Shown: positions 12,993 to 25,210 of the stretch, piece after piece | Layout: the number at the start of each line of letters is the position of its first letter | Position numbering within the stretch: the stretch's first letter is position 1 | Origin: Octopus sinensis | Taxonomy: Eukaryota | NCBI RefSeq assembly: GCF_006345805.1 | Contig: NC_043000.1 | Location: 154,132,001-154,196,000, forward strand | Length of the DNA stretch: 64,000 nt | Direction of reading: 5' to 3' | The notes under the pieces: generated by a model | The model's database searches: none | Told to the model about the DNA's origin: nothing | Seen by the model: only the letters and a program-made list of their open reading frames with translations | Program-made: the position numbers and the translations under genes

Positions 12993-13465
12993 AGACAGAA
13001 AATAACCAAATAAAGTACCAACTGAACACTAAAGTTGCAGTAATCAACTAACTTTCTCCCACAAAATTTCAAGCCTTGTACCTATGGTAGAAAAATTCAG
13101 TTCAACCAACAACTAACCTCTCAATGCCAAAATTGACAGAGAACGCCTTTGAAAGATTTATTCGATCTTATTGGCTCCCAGTACTTATTCTAGTCTTATA
13201 TCGATCTCTATTGAACAGCAAAATTTTTACCTTTTAAATATATTACACTACTTCCACAGAAATTATTTTATTCTTTCAATAGAGCTTGATGTTTTTATTT
13301 AGTCCCAGATCACTAATAATTGAGCAGACTCATAATGATAACTATGACAATCCTACCTTTTCCACATGTAGTGTATCGTGGATTGCATTATCAAATTAAG
13401 GCGGTGGAGTGTAATTGGAAAGATATTTCACAACTGCCTCTCGCAGTTGGAGCAATTGCCTAAAG

Positions 13466-13826
13466 CAGTGGGATTCCAACATTTTCTATGTCCCGTACCA
13501 TAGGAAATGTTTGATTAATTATCGCACTCCCTACGAAAGCAATATCAAATTTGAAAATTAAGAAGTCAATTTTCTAATAAGTATTTTTTTTTCTTTTTAG
13601 TAAAGCACATACAGTAGTGTGGAATAATAAACTCCATTTTTTATCTTTTTTTTCTTTTTTCTTTTTTTGCTTATAGAACAACTTATTTTTAACTGGAAGG
13701 TAATAACATTATTCTGAAATAATTTTAGTTCGATTTTAATTAAGAATGTCATTTCCCTCTTTGTTGCACCCCCTGAAATATTTTCTCCCACTTCGAAGGT
13801 TCGGGTACCACAGGTTAGGAATCCTT
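13466..13826. mobile_element. hAT-like MITE (degenerate)
   Basis: Ends CAGTGGGATTCCAAC... and ...GGTACCACAGGTTAGGAATCCT resemble CAGTGGTTCCCAAC-type hAT termini. Confidence 0.4.
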
Positions 13827-14046
13827 AACCTAGAAGCTTCTTCTTTAGTTCTGTTGAGAAGTTTAACAGTGTAATTTAAAGTAGATAGCTTCTTTCTTTT
13901 TGTATGCAATTCCTCACTTTTTTCATCTTTTTTTTTTTTACTTTCAGCACTATTTTCTCCTTTTAATTGAACATATAAACAAATTATATTCCTTTTAGTA
14001 ATGTAAATAAATCATTTTCAAATATAAATACTATATATTTAACAGT

Positions 14047-14270
14047 GGAGGTACGTGGATTGGTGGATAGAGTGTCAGCATCATGATCGTAAGATTGTGG
14101 TTTCGATTCCTGGACCGGGCGACGCGCTGTGTTCTTGAGCAAAACACTTCATTTCACGTTGCTCCAGTCCACTCAGCTGGCAAAAATGAGTAACGCTGCG
14201 ATGGACTGGCGTCCCGTCCAGCTGGGGAGCACATACGCCAAAGAAACCGGAAAATCGGGCCTATGAGCCA
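14047..14270 (+). mobile_element. SINE family D (tRNA head; GCTGCGATGGACTGGCGTCCCGTCCAG V-domain-like body)
   Basis: A/B boxes present; homologous to 49165-49850 (-). Confidence 0.8.
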
Positions 14271-15166
14271 AATACATCTACATGTACATCTGGCTTCTGA
14301 TTATCCATCTAATTTTTATATAACAGTAAAGAAAATGTGAAGAGTTGTAACATGAGAAGTTTTCGGAAATTTTATATATTAAGTGTAAAATATTGCGTTG
14401 TGGAAAATTAGCTGAAATGCCACTGGACAAGTCGATAGCATTTAGACAATGAACTTACTATAAATAGATATCCTAATGTAGTATAGCCTACAGCTGGACG
14501 TAAGCCAATGTGAGATGACCTCATTCGACTTGTTAAATATAACACCTATATATCCACCAAAAATTCCCTACAGTCTTTAAAAAAAGTAGAAGAACTAATT
14601 GGATAACGTAATCATGGATACTGTGTCGGATTTCAGCATAAACTAAAAACAGCTTAGAGACTCACAATCCGTTGGGGCTTCAAAAGGATTAAAACGTACA
14701 CATATTTACAAATTTTTTTGAGATCGTCTGGTGTAATTTTTGACGAGGGCCTCCAAGTTTTAGACAGTTTAGCGTTTCGCAAGAGGCCACTCACATTCAC
14801 CTTTCAAGAAATTTGCAGGAAAGCAACAATTCCCTCTCTACTCGCACTTAACTTCTCAAGTGAAACTTGAAAAAGTTGATGATAACTTGGCCAAAGAAGG
14901 TGTCTATTTTTCAGCTCTTTCAATCTAATTCACCATACTACCTCTTTTGCCATAGCAACCAAACAAACACCGCCAATCCTCCCGACGAAAGAAAGTAGCA
15001 GGACGATCTTTACATTTGACTCCATTGATAGCTGGATCCGTCCAGGACGTGTCAACAAGTGTCTGACATAACTCTGGTCGAGCATTGGACGAGCTCATGC
15101 AGAACAGCTTCGTCGCTCTGCCTGCATCTCAGGCAGGTTCAACTGACGGTACTTCTATGCCTATTA

Positions 15167-15560
15167 GGCGGCGAGCTGGCAGAAACGCTAGGACGCCGGG
15201 CGAAATGCTTAGCGGTATTTCGTCTGCGTTACGTTGTGAGTTCAAATTCCGCCGAGGTCGACTTTGCCTTTCATCCTTTCGCGGTCGATAAATCAAGTAC
15301 CAGTTACGCACTGGGGTCGATGTAATCGACTTAATACCTATGTCTGTCCTTGTTTGTCCCCTCTGTGTTTAGCCCCTTGTGGGTAATAAAGAAATAGGTA
15401 TTTCGTCTGCCGCTACCAAATTCCGCCGAGGTCGACCTTGCCTTTCGTCCTTTCGGGGTCGATTAAATAAGTACCAGTTACGCACTGGGGTCGATATAAT
15501 CGGCTTAATTCATTTGTCTGTCCTCTCTGTGTTTAGCCCCTTGTGGGTAATAAAGAAATA
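15167..15560 (+). mobile_element. SINE family B (GGCGGCGAGCTGGCAGAA head; GCCTTTCATCCTTTCGGGGTCGAT body), dimeric
   Basis: B box GAGTTCAAATTCC. 17-bp TSD GGTACTTCTATGCCTAT at 15148-15164 and 15561-15577. Confidence 0.92.
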
Positions 15561-15619
15561 GGTACTTCTATGCCTATATCACAAACTGGCAATGTCTCCG
15601 GTATCACTGCCAGGCTAAG

Positions 15620-15922
15620 TGGAGGCACATGGCCTAGTGGTTAGAGCAGCGAACTCGCGGTCGAGGGATCGCGGGTTCAAATCTCAGATCGGGCGATGTG
15701 TGTGTTTATGAGCGAAACACCTAAGATCCACGCGGCTCCGACAGAAGGTAATGGCGAACTTCTGCTGACTCTTTCGCCACAACTTTCTCTCACTCTTTCC
15801 TCCTGCATCATGCAGCTCACCTGCGACGGATCGGCGTCCCGTCCAGGTGGGGAACCTATACGCCAAGGAAACCGGAAAACTGGTCCTTATGAGCCAGGCA
15901 TGGCTCGAGAAGGAACAAAAAA
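15620..15922 (+). mobile_element. tRNA-derived SINE with C-like head and D-like tail
   Basis: Head TGGCCTAGTGG..GGTTCAAATCT. Shares CACAACTTTCTCTCACTCTT with family C and GGCGTCCCGTCCAG..GAAACCGGAAA with family D. Confidence 0.75.
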
Positions 15923-16287
15923 AACTGGAAAGTTTTCATCGGCCGGCCCCGTACCAAAAGTTTTCTAGAGGAGATTTGCTTGTTGCAAATCAGTAACCGG
16001 TGGTCACTTTGTTTACAATATATCTCTGACAGTAGAGGATCTTAGCTATCACTCTATTATACAGGTGCACGCGGCTGACGAAAAGCCAGCTAGCTCGAAA
16101 CTGGGCCAGTCCGGCGATCCTATTAGCTGATGGAGGTTAATAAGGGTTCGCTCCCCCTGCTAGTGATATATTGTATATAAAGGATGCAGAACGTTGCATT
16201 AATAAACCAGCTAGCGGAGATTCTGCCCGGGGTTAAACTAGTAGAGACATTCATCTGCCACTTTGATGTGGCAATTTGCTCTACTGT

Positions 16288-16327
<40 letters not shown>

Positions 16328-16329
<2 letters not shown>

Positions 16330-16585
16330 TTTTGGGATTTGGTTTGCAAGATTCTTTATATGAGTCCGTGTGTTGAAGCATATTCTGTTGTGTTCTGGGG
16401 AGAGTCATTTTCTTTTTGTGCCTTATAATGTAACACACTCACTAGTAAAATTTCCACTCAAGACTATTGAAAAGGTTGCAAGACGCATCGAAAATTTTAG
16501 GAAAATAAAAGTAAGTGCAAATTTTACCGGTGAGTGTGTTACATTATAAGGCACAAAAAGAAAATGACTCTCCCCAGACACAACA

Positions 16586-16623
<38 letters not shown>

Positions 16624-17196
16624 GTCTGGGGAGGGTCATTCTCTTTTAGTGCTTTATCTTTTAACACACTCACCGGTTCAGTTTCCACTCATTTACTTAT
16701 TTATTTTTTCTAGAATTTTCGTTGCGTCTTGTAACCTTTTCTATAGTCGTTGACTCTCCTGCATTCTTTATATTAGTTTGTGCGCATGTGTGTGGGGCAG
16801 TGTGCGTGCGCATACACATATGTATGTATGTATGCATGTATGTGTGTTTGCTTATATATATATATGTGTGTGTGTGTATGTGTACGTTTGCATGTATGTA
16901 TTCTGCATATTCATGTGTTTATGTATTTGTGTGTGTGTGTGTGTGCCTCTGTCTCCTTGTGTGTGCACGTCTGGGTGTGTCTGTGTATGGGATTTTGTGA
17001 TTATGGATGTGTGTCTCCATATGTGCCCTTGTATGAAGTGAGTGTATATGGTCATGTGTTTCAGTCTTCATTTGTGTAGGTATGTGTGTATGTGTACTTG
17101 TCTGTTCATATTACCTGTGTACCTATCCGTCTGTATATCTATCTGTTTACATACATATCCATTTACCTACATATATGCATATAAACACACACACAC

Positions 17197-17291
<95 letters not shown>

Positions 17292-17732
17292 ATATATATA
17301 TATATAGTTAATCCAAACAAGAAAGCACAAAAAAACACAACAACGCGAGGACGTGGAACAAATATAGTATTATTGGACGCTCAGGAAAATTGGGAAGAAG
17401 GAGGGTTTAACGTTTCGAGCGGAGCTCTTCGTCGGAAACATTGGAAAAGGAAAGATCCAGAGAAGGGAAGACAGAGGGAAAAAAATCGCCAACGGTACAC
17501 ACACGAGGTCACATTTTGAAATATATATATATATTTCGTTTTGGGATTTGGTTTGCAAGATTCTTTATATGAGTTCGTGTGTTGAAGCATACTCTGTTCT
17601 GTTTGGGGAGAGTCATTTTCTGTTTGTGCCTTATAATTTAACACACACACTGGTAAAATTTCCACTTTTTTCTTATTTTTATTTTCCTAAAATTTTCGTT
17701 GCTTCTTGCAATCTTTTCAATAGTCTTGACTC
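16328..17732. mobile_element. Cluster of Penelope-type terminal-repeat elements embedded in (TA)n/(TG)n microsatellites
   Basis: Copies of the 3390-3709 family at 16328-16586 (inverted pair), 16617-16760 and 17535-17732. A second PLE-type terminus lies at 17305-17520. Confidence 0.7.
17405..17439 (-). ncRNA. Minimal type I hammerhead-like motif (U4C core variant)
   Basis: Minus strand reads GTTT-CCGACGA-A-GAGC tcc GCTC-GAAAC-GTT-AAAC; stems I and II pair perfectly. Confidence 0.6.
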
Positions 17733-17966
17733 TGTCCGTTATTTACACTGCGTTCCATTTTGTTTGTTTGTGTGCATGTGTGTGGGTCAGTGTGTATGTG
17801 CCTATGCATGCATGTACTATGTATGTGTGTATGTATGTATGTATGCATGTGTATGTATGTATGTGTGTGTGTGTATCATATGTATATATGTATGTATGTG
17901 TGTGTGTGTGTGAGTATGTGTTTGTATATGTATGCACCCCTGTCTCCTTGTGCGTGTATGTCTGTC

Positions 17967-18016
<50 letters not shown>

Positions 18017-18659
18017 GCAACTATGTACCATGTTTGTATGTATGGATGTGCATCTCTATGTGTGTGCGTCCGTGTTCCCAAACAGTCTATCGAACAAGAT
18101 TCGATGGACTGTTTTGTTTTGTTTTCGTAACAACATCGAAATCTTCTTCCATATTATCTCAGTAGAAAATAAATACGAAAATTTCTTGAATATTAAAAAA
18201 TAAACGAAAATTTCATAATTCAGCTGTACTATATTGCATAAACATTAAAAATGGTGCTCATGTATACGAACACACTCAAGAGAGTAAAAAAGTATAAATG
18301 TATAGAGATCTAAGGGAGGCAATTCTGAAAGAGTTATTTCCCCTGCTAGGTAACGTACTTAAGTCGATATAATTGAAGTGATTATTGGACTTTAGAACAG
18401 CTAATTCCAGATTTAGTCGGAACGAATTCGCTGAGTACTTTTCTTTAAAAAATGATAAAAAGTTAATACTTCTGTTTGTGAACTATTTTCAATTCCTCTT
18501 ACAATCGACTTTGCCGTTCATTTTAGGTTCAAAACGATACATATTTATATTTCTTTGTTTAGTTATTTGATACCGAGTTTTATTTATATATTTTTAAGTT
18601 GTTTGTGATTGTTGGTCGTTTGTATTTGACGATATATTCGGTTTTTATCAAATTGTTTA

Positions 18660-19057
18660 TCTTTATATATAAAAGTCAAGCTGTGTGTCTGTCTCCTACG
18701 ATTTAGATTCCTAACTACTCCCACATTTTGCGGTGCAGTTTAACCAAGAGCGGGTATCTTATAGTCGTGATTCATATCGAGCCCTTCTGGGTATTAGCGC
18801 GCGTCTACAATGAGTCTACGATTTTAAAAATAATTTACCATCATTTTTTTCCATTTTAATGCATTTTTTCGCTATTATATAAGGGAAGTAACTCTCTAAA
18901 AATGCCTACGATGAGTCAACGATTTAAAAAAAAATTTACCATAATTTTTTTTCCATTTTTAATGCATTTTTTTGCTACTTTTTGGCTATAACTCTCTAAA
19001 AATGCTTATATAGTTATTTCCCTTACAAACCCGAGCAACGCCGGGCGATACTGCTAG
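18660..19057 (+). mobile_element. Non-autonomous Helitron
   Basis: Starts TC and ends with hairpin CCCGAGCAACGCCGGG then CTAG. Inserted between A and T with no TSD. Near-identical copies at 28883 and 29503. Confidence 0.85.
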
Positions 19058-19224
19058 TTTTGTATACAAATGGAGTTGTATTCTTCCTTTCCTTATAGAA
19101 TATGTTTTCGGATGCATCTGGTGATAATCGATGTTGTTAAATTTTAAAGATGTTGGTTTTGTTTCTTGGTGGAATTCATTCCATCTCACTCTTTTGAAGG
19201 TTGTAAAAATGGTCTATATTTCCT

Positions 19225-19430
19225 TCATTGATATAAGAGATTATTATAAGCGTGGGACAGCAAGAGCACCTTCAACACATGTTGTAATAGTTCGTTCTGA
19301 CAAGAAGCTACTAATCCAAGAGATGAGATACTAGCAGAGTCCAGAGATGGTAAGTTTTGATGGATTTTCATACCAGACTCGGTAGAAAGCTTAGTTGATG
19401 TTGAAGGTAAGAACATTACTTTTAATAAAT
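19225..19430 (-). mobile_element. CR1/L2/Jockey-type RT fragment
   Basis: Minus strand gives FNIN*AFYRVW (cf. DISKAFDRVW) and LISWISSFLSERTITTCVEG. Confidence 0.7.
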
Positions 19431-19440
19431 TGTTCTGAAG

Positions 19441-19915
19441 AACGTTCTGAGTTCAAATGCCGCCGGGGTCAACTTCACCTTTCATCTTTTCGGGGTCGAT
19501 AAAATAAGTACCTATTTCTTTATTACCCACAAGGGGCTAAACACAGAGGGGACAAACAAGGACAGACATAGGTATTAAGTCGATTACATCGACCCCAGTG
19601 CGTAACTGGTACTTAATTTATCGACCCCGAAAGGATGAAAGGCAAAGTCGACCTCGGCAGAATTTGAACTCAGAACGTAGCGGCAGACGAAATACCTATT
19701 TCTTCACTACCCACAAGGGGCTAAACATAGAGGGGACAAACGGATTAAGTCGATTACATCGACCCCAGTGCGTAACTGGTACTTTACTTATCGACCCCGA
19801 AAGGATGAAAGGCAAAGTCGACCTCGGCGGAATTTGAACTGAGAACGTAACGGCAGACGAAATACGGCTACGCATTTCGCCCGGCGTGCTAACGATTCTG
19901 CCAGCTCGCCGCCTT
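19441..19915 (-). mobile_element. SINE family B multimer
   Basis: Head at ~19915 with repeated body units. An older + strand B-like copy follows at ~19960-20163. Confidence 0.9.
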
Positions 19916-20461
19916 AAAGAAACTCTGAGCACTGGGCTCGATGTACAGAAACGCAACAAGCTGGCAGTATTATTAGCACGCCGGGAAAATTGTTTAGCTG
20001 CGTTTCGTCCGTCTGTACATTCTGAGTTCAAATTCCGCCGGGGTCGGCTTTGCCTTTTATCTTTTCGCGGTCGATTAAACAAGTATGAGTTGAACACTGT
20101 GGTCGGTATAATCGACTTACCCCCTCCCCTGAAATTGCTGGCTTGTGCCAAAATTTGAAACCAACAAACTACTCTCAAGTGCAGAGTAGGTCACCAGCGA
20201 ATCTACCTTTACTGAGACCGTACTGGTGGTCAATAAGAGGAGAGAAAGCGAGAGGGACTTGTGTATTGAAGAATGTTATTGTCAGTGGCTGCAGAATGTT
20301 ATTGTCAATCTCAGAGCAGTGGGTCTTAACCTTATATTTTATTTATTTATTTATTTGTTTATTTTTGTAGCGCTCCCTTTTAAGTAGTTTTTATGCCTAG
20401 CACCCACATACGTGGACGCATGAGATATCACGACTAAACTAACATAACATGGATGATAATT

Positions 20462-21048
20462 AACTCTTTTACTCTTATTTGTTTCAGTCATTTGACTGTG
20501 GTCATGCTGGAGCACCACCTTTAGTCGAGCAAATCGACCCCAGGACTTATCGACCCCGAAAGGATGAAAGGCAAAGTCGACAAATTCCGCCGAGGTCGAC
20601 TTTGCCTTTCATCCTTTCGGGGTCGATAAATTAAGTACCAGTTACTCACTGGGGTAGATGTAATCGACTTTATCCCTTTGTCTGTCCTTGTTTGTCCCCT
20701 CTATGTTTAGCCCCTTGTGGGCAATAAAGAAATATCTTTGGAAGCCTAGTACTTATTCTATCGGTTTCTTTTGCCGAACCGCTAAGTGACGGGGACGTAA
20801 ACACACCAGCATCGGTTGTCAAGCGATGTTGGGGGACAAACACAGACACACAACACACACATGTATATATATATATATACATATATACGACGGGCTTCTT
20901 TTCAGTTTCCGTCTACCAAATTCACTCACAAGGCTTTGGTCGGCCCGAGGCTATAGTAGAAGATACTTACCCAAGGTGCCACGCAGTGGGACTGAACCCG
21001 GAACCATGTGGCTGGTAAGCAAGCTACTTACCACACAGCCACTCCTGC
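20462..21048 (-). mobile_element. SINE family A with a nested, 5'-inverted family B fragment (~20547-20735)
   Basis: The A sequence is interrupted after GGACTTAT and resumes at CTTTGGAAGCCTAGTAC. Confidence 0.85.
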
Positions 21049-22500
21049 ACCTATTTATAAATTTTACTCAAATGGAGATCACAATATACAAAGAAAACTA
21101 GCAAGACTGCACGCCTAAAGAATCCTATTCGAGACAAAAATAAGATTAAAAATTAATTATTCTTCTTCAAACATATTTCTACCCACGATATATACTTATC
21201 TCTCATAATATTTTTATAATTTCTAATTTTATTATGTATCATAATTACTACTACAGGTAAAATTTACTATGTTATGTTACCTCACCTAAAGCCTAAAGAC
21301 TCCTTCGACATACCTTGGAGGCGGTGCTGCCCCGTTTAGCACCTCTGCCCTAGAGCGAGTACGACAGAGCGGTATTTGGTTGAGTCGGAGGGGTTGCCTT
21401 TCTTTGAGATGAGACAAAGTGTAGTGTGTTTCCAAAGATCAGGATAGATCTCTGTAAAGAGGGAGAGTTTGGTGAATTTAGGAGCTAAATCTGGAGTACA
21501 ACGTTTGAGGTTAACGGAGAGACACCGTCAGTACAAGTGGTCTTATTGTTTCGAAGTGACCTAAGATACTTTTTGCGTCCGACGCAATGTCTTTTAGAGC
21601 TTATAATAACTGGGACCGCTACTCCTGACGGCGCTACATTCAAACGTGTCCTTTACCTTCAAGTATTTACCATTAGTTTTGTTGCGATCTGAGGCGGTGA
21701 ACGTCAAAATACAGACACATACCTTCAGGGTAGGCTGCCTTTTGGTGGTGACTGACATTGGTAAAGTGTTAAAGAAGGAAGTTTGCTGGCTGTTAGAGGG
21801 TAGTAATCGTATATGAAGTTGTTGTTGAAACTCTAGAGTCTTTAATTCTTGCTTATTATTTGCATGATTAAGAACTCGTTATTAAAGTTAGATTATTCTA
21901 TATGACATGTCTCTTTTGTAATGTATGAAGAAATTAAAATCTTGCCATGATACCATATTTGAGTGATCTAGCACGAATATTACAGTAATATAACTCAATC
22001 TGGATCGTTATAAACTTTAAAACGTTGATATTATAGATTACTGGCAAATATACGCCTCTAGCATAAATCACAAAACGAGCAATAAAACGCAATATAATAG
22101 TAATTAGCATCGCCATCAGACAAGAACTAATTAGATTCAATTGACACCTTTCACGCACAAATGTCTTCTTTATACACTGGGTGGAAAATTATTTTATCGG
22201 GCGATAGCACTAACTGCAGTTAAAGGAAGGCCTTTAGAGAATTAACAGAAGTTTAAGCCAAAATGGCTACACGAACCAAGTCCGTTCGGCGACGTATAGT
22301 TTTCAATAATATTTATTTTTCCAGAGCTACAACAGTGCTCCGCCGTACAATATTCAGTTATTCATTTCCATTTCTTTGAGTTAGAATCCTACAAGGGGTG
22401 CCAAAATAATCACCAAAATAGCTACTTATGAACATTTAATCTATTTTAATTCTGCATTATTTACATTCGATGGATATTTGTATTCATCTTGTTTGTTGTT

Positions 22501-22546
22501 AACACAACGTTTCGGCTGATATACCCTCCAGCCTTCATCAGGTGTT
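22501..22546 (-). ncRNA. Minimal type I hammerhead ribozyme motif (Penelope-type)
   Basis: Minus strand reads AACAC-CTGATGA-A-GGCTG gagggtatat CAGCC-GAAAC-GTT-GTGTT: intact core, 5-bp stems I and II, palindromic ACGT in place of stem III. Confidence 0.75.
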
Positions 22547-22595
22547 TTGGGGAAATTTCGAACCTGGGTTCACATTCCTAAGGTCTTTTTCGATG

Positions 22596-22638
<43 letters not shown>

Positions 22639-22734
22639 CATTATTTTTATTATTATTATTATTCAGATCACTACCTCGGAATCTTTGGGTTAGTAGCCCG
22701 CGCTCTTAACCACTACGCCATATGCCCACGGGCA

Positions 22735-23063
22735 ACACCAACGTCCTCTCGACGATTAGCCAGAGATGATTCTTAAAATGAGAATATTTGAAATAAACTC
22801 GACTGCTCTCACAATCGAGAATACTAAAAATGGACCTGACCGCTCTCAAGAATTAAGTAAAAAAAAAAACAGGAAAAATAAACCAGAATCTTGTCCGATA
22901 CCAGATCGATCCCAAAATATAATCAGGTCGTACCAATCACGAGGCCAAACATCCCTGAAAGTTTCATCCGAATCCGTCCAGCGATTCTTGAGATATCTTA
23001 TCCAAGGACAAACAAACACGACTGAAAACAATACTGCTACATTCGCTCAGGCGGAGGTAATAA
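22735..23063 (-). mobile_element. Helentron-associated (DINE-1/HINE-like) non-autonomous element
   Basis: Reverse complement of 24218-24560; begins TTACCTCCGCC; has a (GTTT)n tract. Confidence 0.65.
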
Positions 23064-23140
23064 TCCGTTGATAGAGAAAAACGGTGTGAAGCATAACTGG
23101 ACTCTGAGTACTGAGGTTAATAGAAAGTAGAGAGATGAAA

Positions 23141-23555
23141 GGCGGCGAGCTGGCAGAAACGTTAGCACGCCGGGCGAAATGCTTAGCGGTATTTCGTCTG
23201 CCGTTACGTTCTGAGTTCAAATTCCGCCGAGGTCGACTGTGCCTTTCATCCTTTCGGGGTCGATTAAATAAGTACCAGTTACGCACTGGGGTCGATATAA
23301 TCGACTTAATCCGTTTGTCTGTCCTTGTTTGTCCTCTCTGTGTTTAGCCCCTTGTGGGTAATAAAGAAATAGGTATTTCGTCTGCTGTTACGTTCTCGGT
23401 TCAAATTCCGCCGAGGTCGACTGTGCCTTTCATCCTTTCGGGGTCGATTAAATAAGTACCAGTTACGCACTGGAGTCGATATAATCGACTTCATCCGTTT
23501 GTCTGTCCTTGTTTGTCCCCTCTATGTTTAGCCCCTTGTGGGCAATAAAGAAATA
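23141..23555 (+). mobile_element. SINE family B dimer
   Basis: TSD AGAAAGTAGAGAGATG on both sides. Confidence 0.92.
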
Positions 23556-24217
23556 AGAAAGTAGAGAGATGGTGTGGCGATGGGGGAAGAAAAAGACGTG
23601 GAGAATCATGTCGAGGCATGAGCTTCTTGGGTCAGATTTAGTAAAAGATTTCGTAAGGTATATTTTCATTGAATTCCTCAAGAGTAGGGAGTCACGGGTG
23701 TATAACGTATGAGAGTGGATTTTCGGTGTCCTGGCTCTACTGCCTCTATGGAGATAGTGTACACACAATTACACATGCGCATGATCATTTGCTGAGTGAA
23801 GCTAGAGGTAAATCTCGGTTGCTAATCTTCAGAAATATTGCTTTTTAAATACTCTTGGTTAAATAGAAGCAAATAAAGGTGTAGCAAAACGACCGTACGT
23901 AATGGAGTTGGTGACAGAAATGTCTCCTTTTAAACGCTACAAAGGACTGAAAACTTTTGTAAATTTATTACTTAGCAAGAGAACAAAAATTTAGAAACCT
24001 CAGCTGCAGTCTAAGAGGACCGGGATTCGAGCACGCATATGTTGATGGAGAGGTAGCTGAGCGCTTTTCAGGTGATGGTGCTTTGAGATTTCCCCCACTG
24101 ATGTCGTATGCAAAATATTGAGCCTGAATAGTAACAGCACGGCTTCTGATGGACGAATTAGCAATTTGGATTTGTGAGTCCAGTTATGCTTCACACCGTT
24201 TTTCTCTATCAAAGGAT

Positions 24218-24585
24218 TATTACCTCCGCCTGAGCGAAGGGGGGGGGGTATTGTTTTCAGTCGTGTTTGTTTGTTTGTCCATGGATAAGATATCTCAAGA
24301 ATCGCTGGATGGACTTGGATGACACTTTCAGGGATGCTTGGTCTCGTGATTGGCACGACCTGATTATATTTTGGGATCGATCCGGTATCGGACAAGATTC
24401 TGGATTATTTTTCTTGTTTTTTTTTTTTTTCTTAATTTTTGAGAGTGGTCAGGTTCATTTTTAGTATTCTCATTTGTGAGAGCAGTTGAGTTTATTTCAG
24501 ATATTTTCATTTTAAGAATCACCTCTGGCTAATCGTTGAGAGGACGTTGGTGTTGCTTTGGCGGAGGTTTGCGCTCTCTCAGTGA
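24218..24585 (+). mobile_element. Helentron-associated (DINE-1/HINE-like) non-autonomous element
   Basis: Subterminal inverted repeats ACCTCCGCC and GGCGGAGGT, 3' mini-hairpin GCGCTCTCTCAGTG, (GTTT)n tract. Confidence 0.7.
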
Positions 24586-24827
24586 ATGATATGTGGCTTG
24601 ATGTACAACGACGTATACTTTCATTCACTCGTTTAGTTGTCCTAGATGAAGTTGTGAGCACCTTGTTGCCAGGATAATCACTATAGAATTAGTGAAGTTT
24701 CGAGCACCTGAGATTATTTCATTGAATGGTAAGGGTTGATAATAAAAAACATATACAATGTTAATTTCTCTAACAAGAATAAGTAGCTTAACCCCTTTAA
24801 AAAGAGACTTGCTAAAGATATTTTAAA

Positions 24828-25210
24828 CTAACAGTATCGCCCGGCGTTGCTCAGGTTTGTTTCGACCCTTTACAATTGGAAGTTTTGAAAAGTAAAAATC
24901 TTGCATTATGTAGCTTGTTATTCTATTTAAGTGAACATTTTTCTGGTTGAAATACACCGAAAAATGGCGACACAGCAGTCAAAAAATCGTAAAAAATAGG
25001 GATTTTCATAGAAAAAAAAAGCACCTTTTTGATGTAAATAATTTTTGGTGTTAACATGGTCCGATTTGAATTTCTTCTTCTACGGAATGAAGAGCAAGCC
25101 TTCTTCTATCATACTCTCAATTTTGGTCAACTTGCGCCGCACGGTTTCGGAGGAGATAGTGTTAGTTGAAGGCTACCAAATACACAACTTCAGCTTTATA
25201 TAGAGAGAGA
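24828..25210 (-). mobile_element. Non-autonomous Helitron (related subfamily)
   Basis: Shares the terminal hairpin (CAGTATCGCCCGGCGTTGCTC on the + strand) with the 18660 family; the internal sequence differs. Confidence 0.7.

Larger units (their letters stand above)
14760..16200 (-). mobile_element. Possible degraded CRE-like (RLE) non-LTR relic, interrupted by two SINEs
   Basis: After removing the SINEs, the minus strand gives TLPVCDIGIEVPS (cf. SLPVxxGGLGI) and KDRPA..W (cf. KRPDG). Weak similarity only. Confidence 0.3.

Noticed and set aside
16722-18203. Cys/Val/Tyr-rich and His/Thr-rich ORFs
   Set aside because: They are products of (TG)n/(TA)n/(TATG)n low-complexity tracts.
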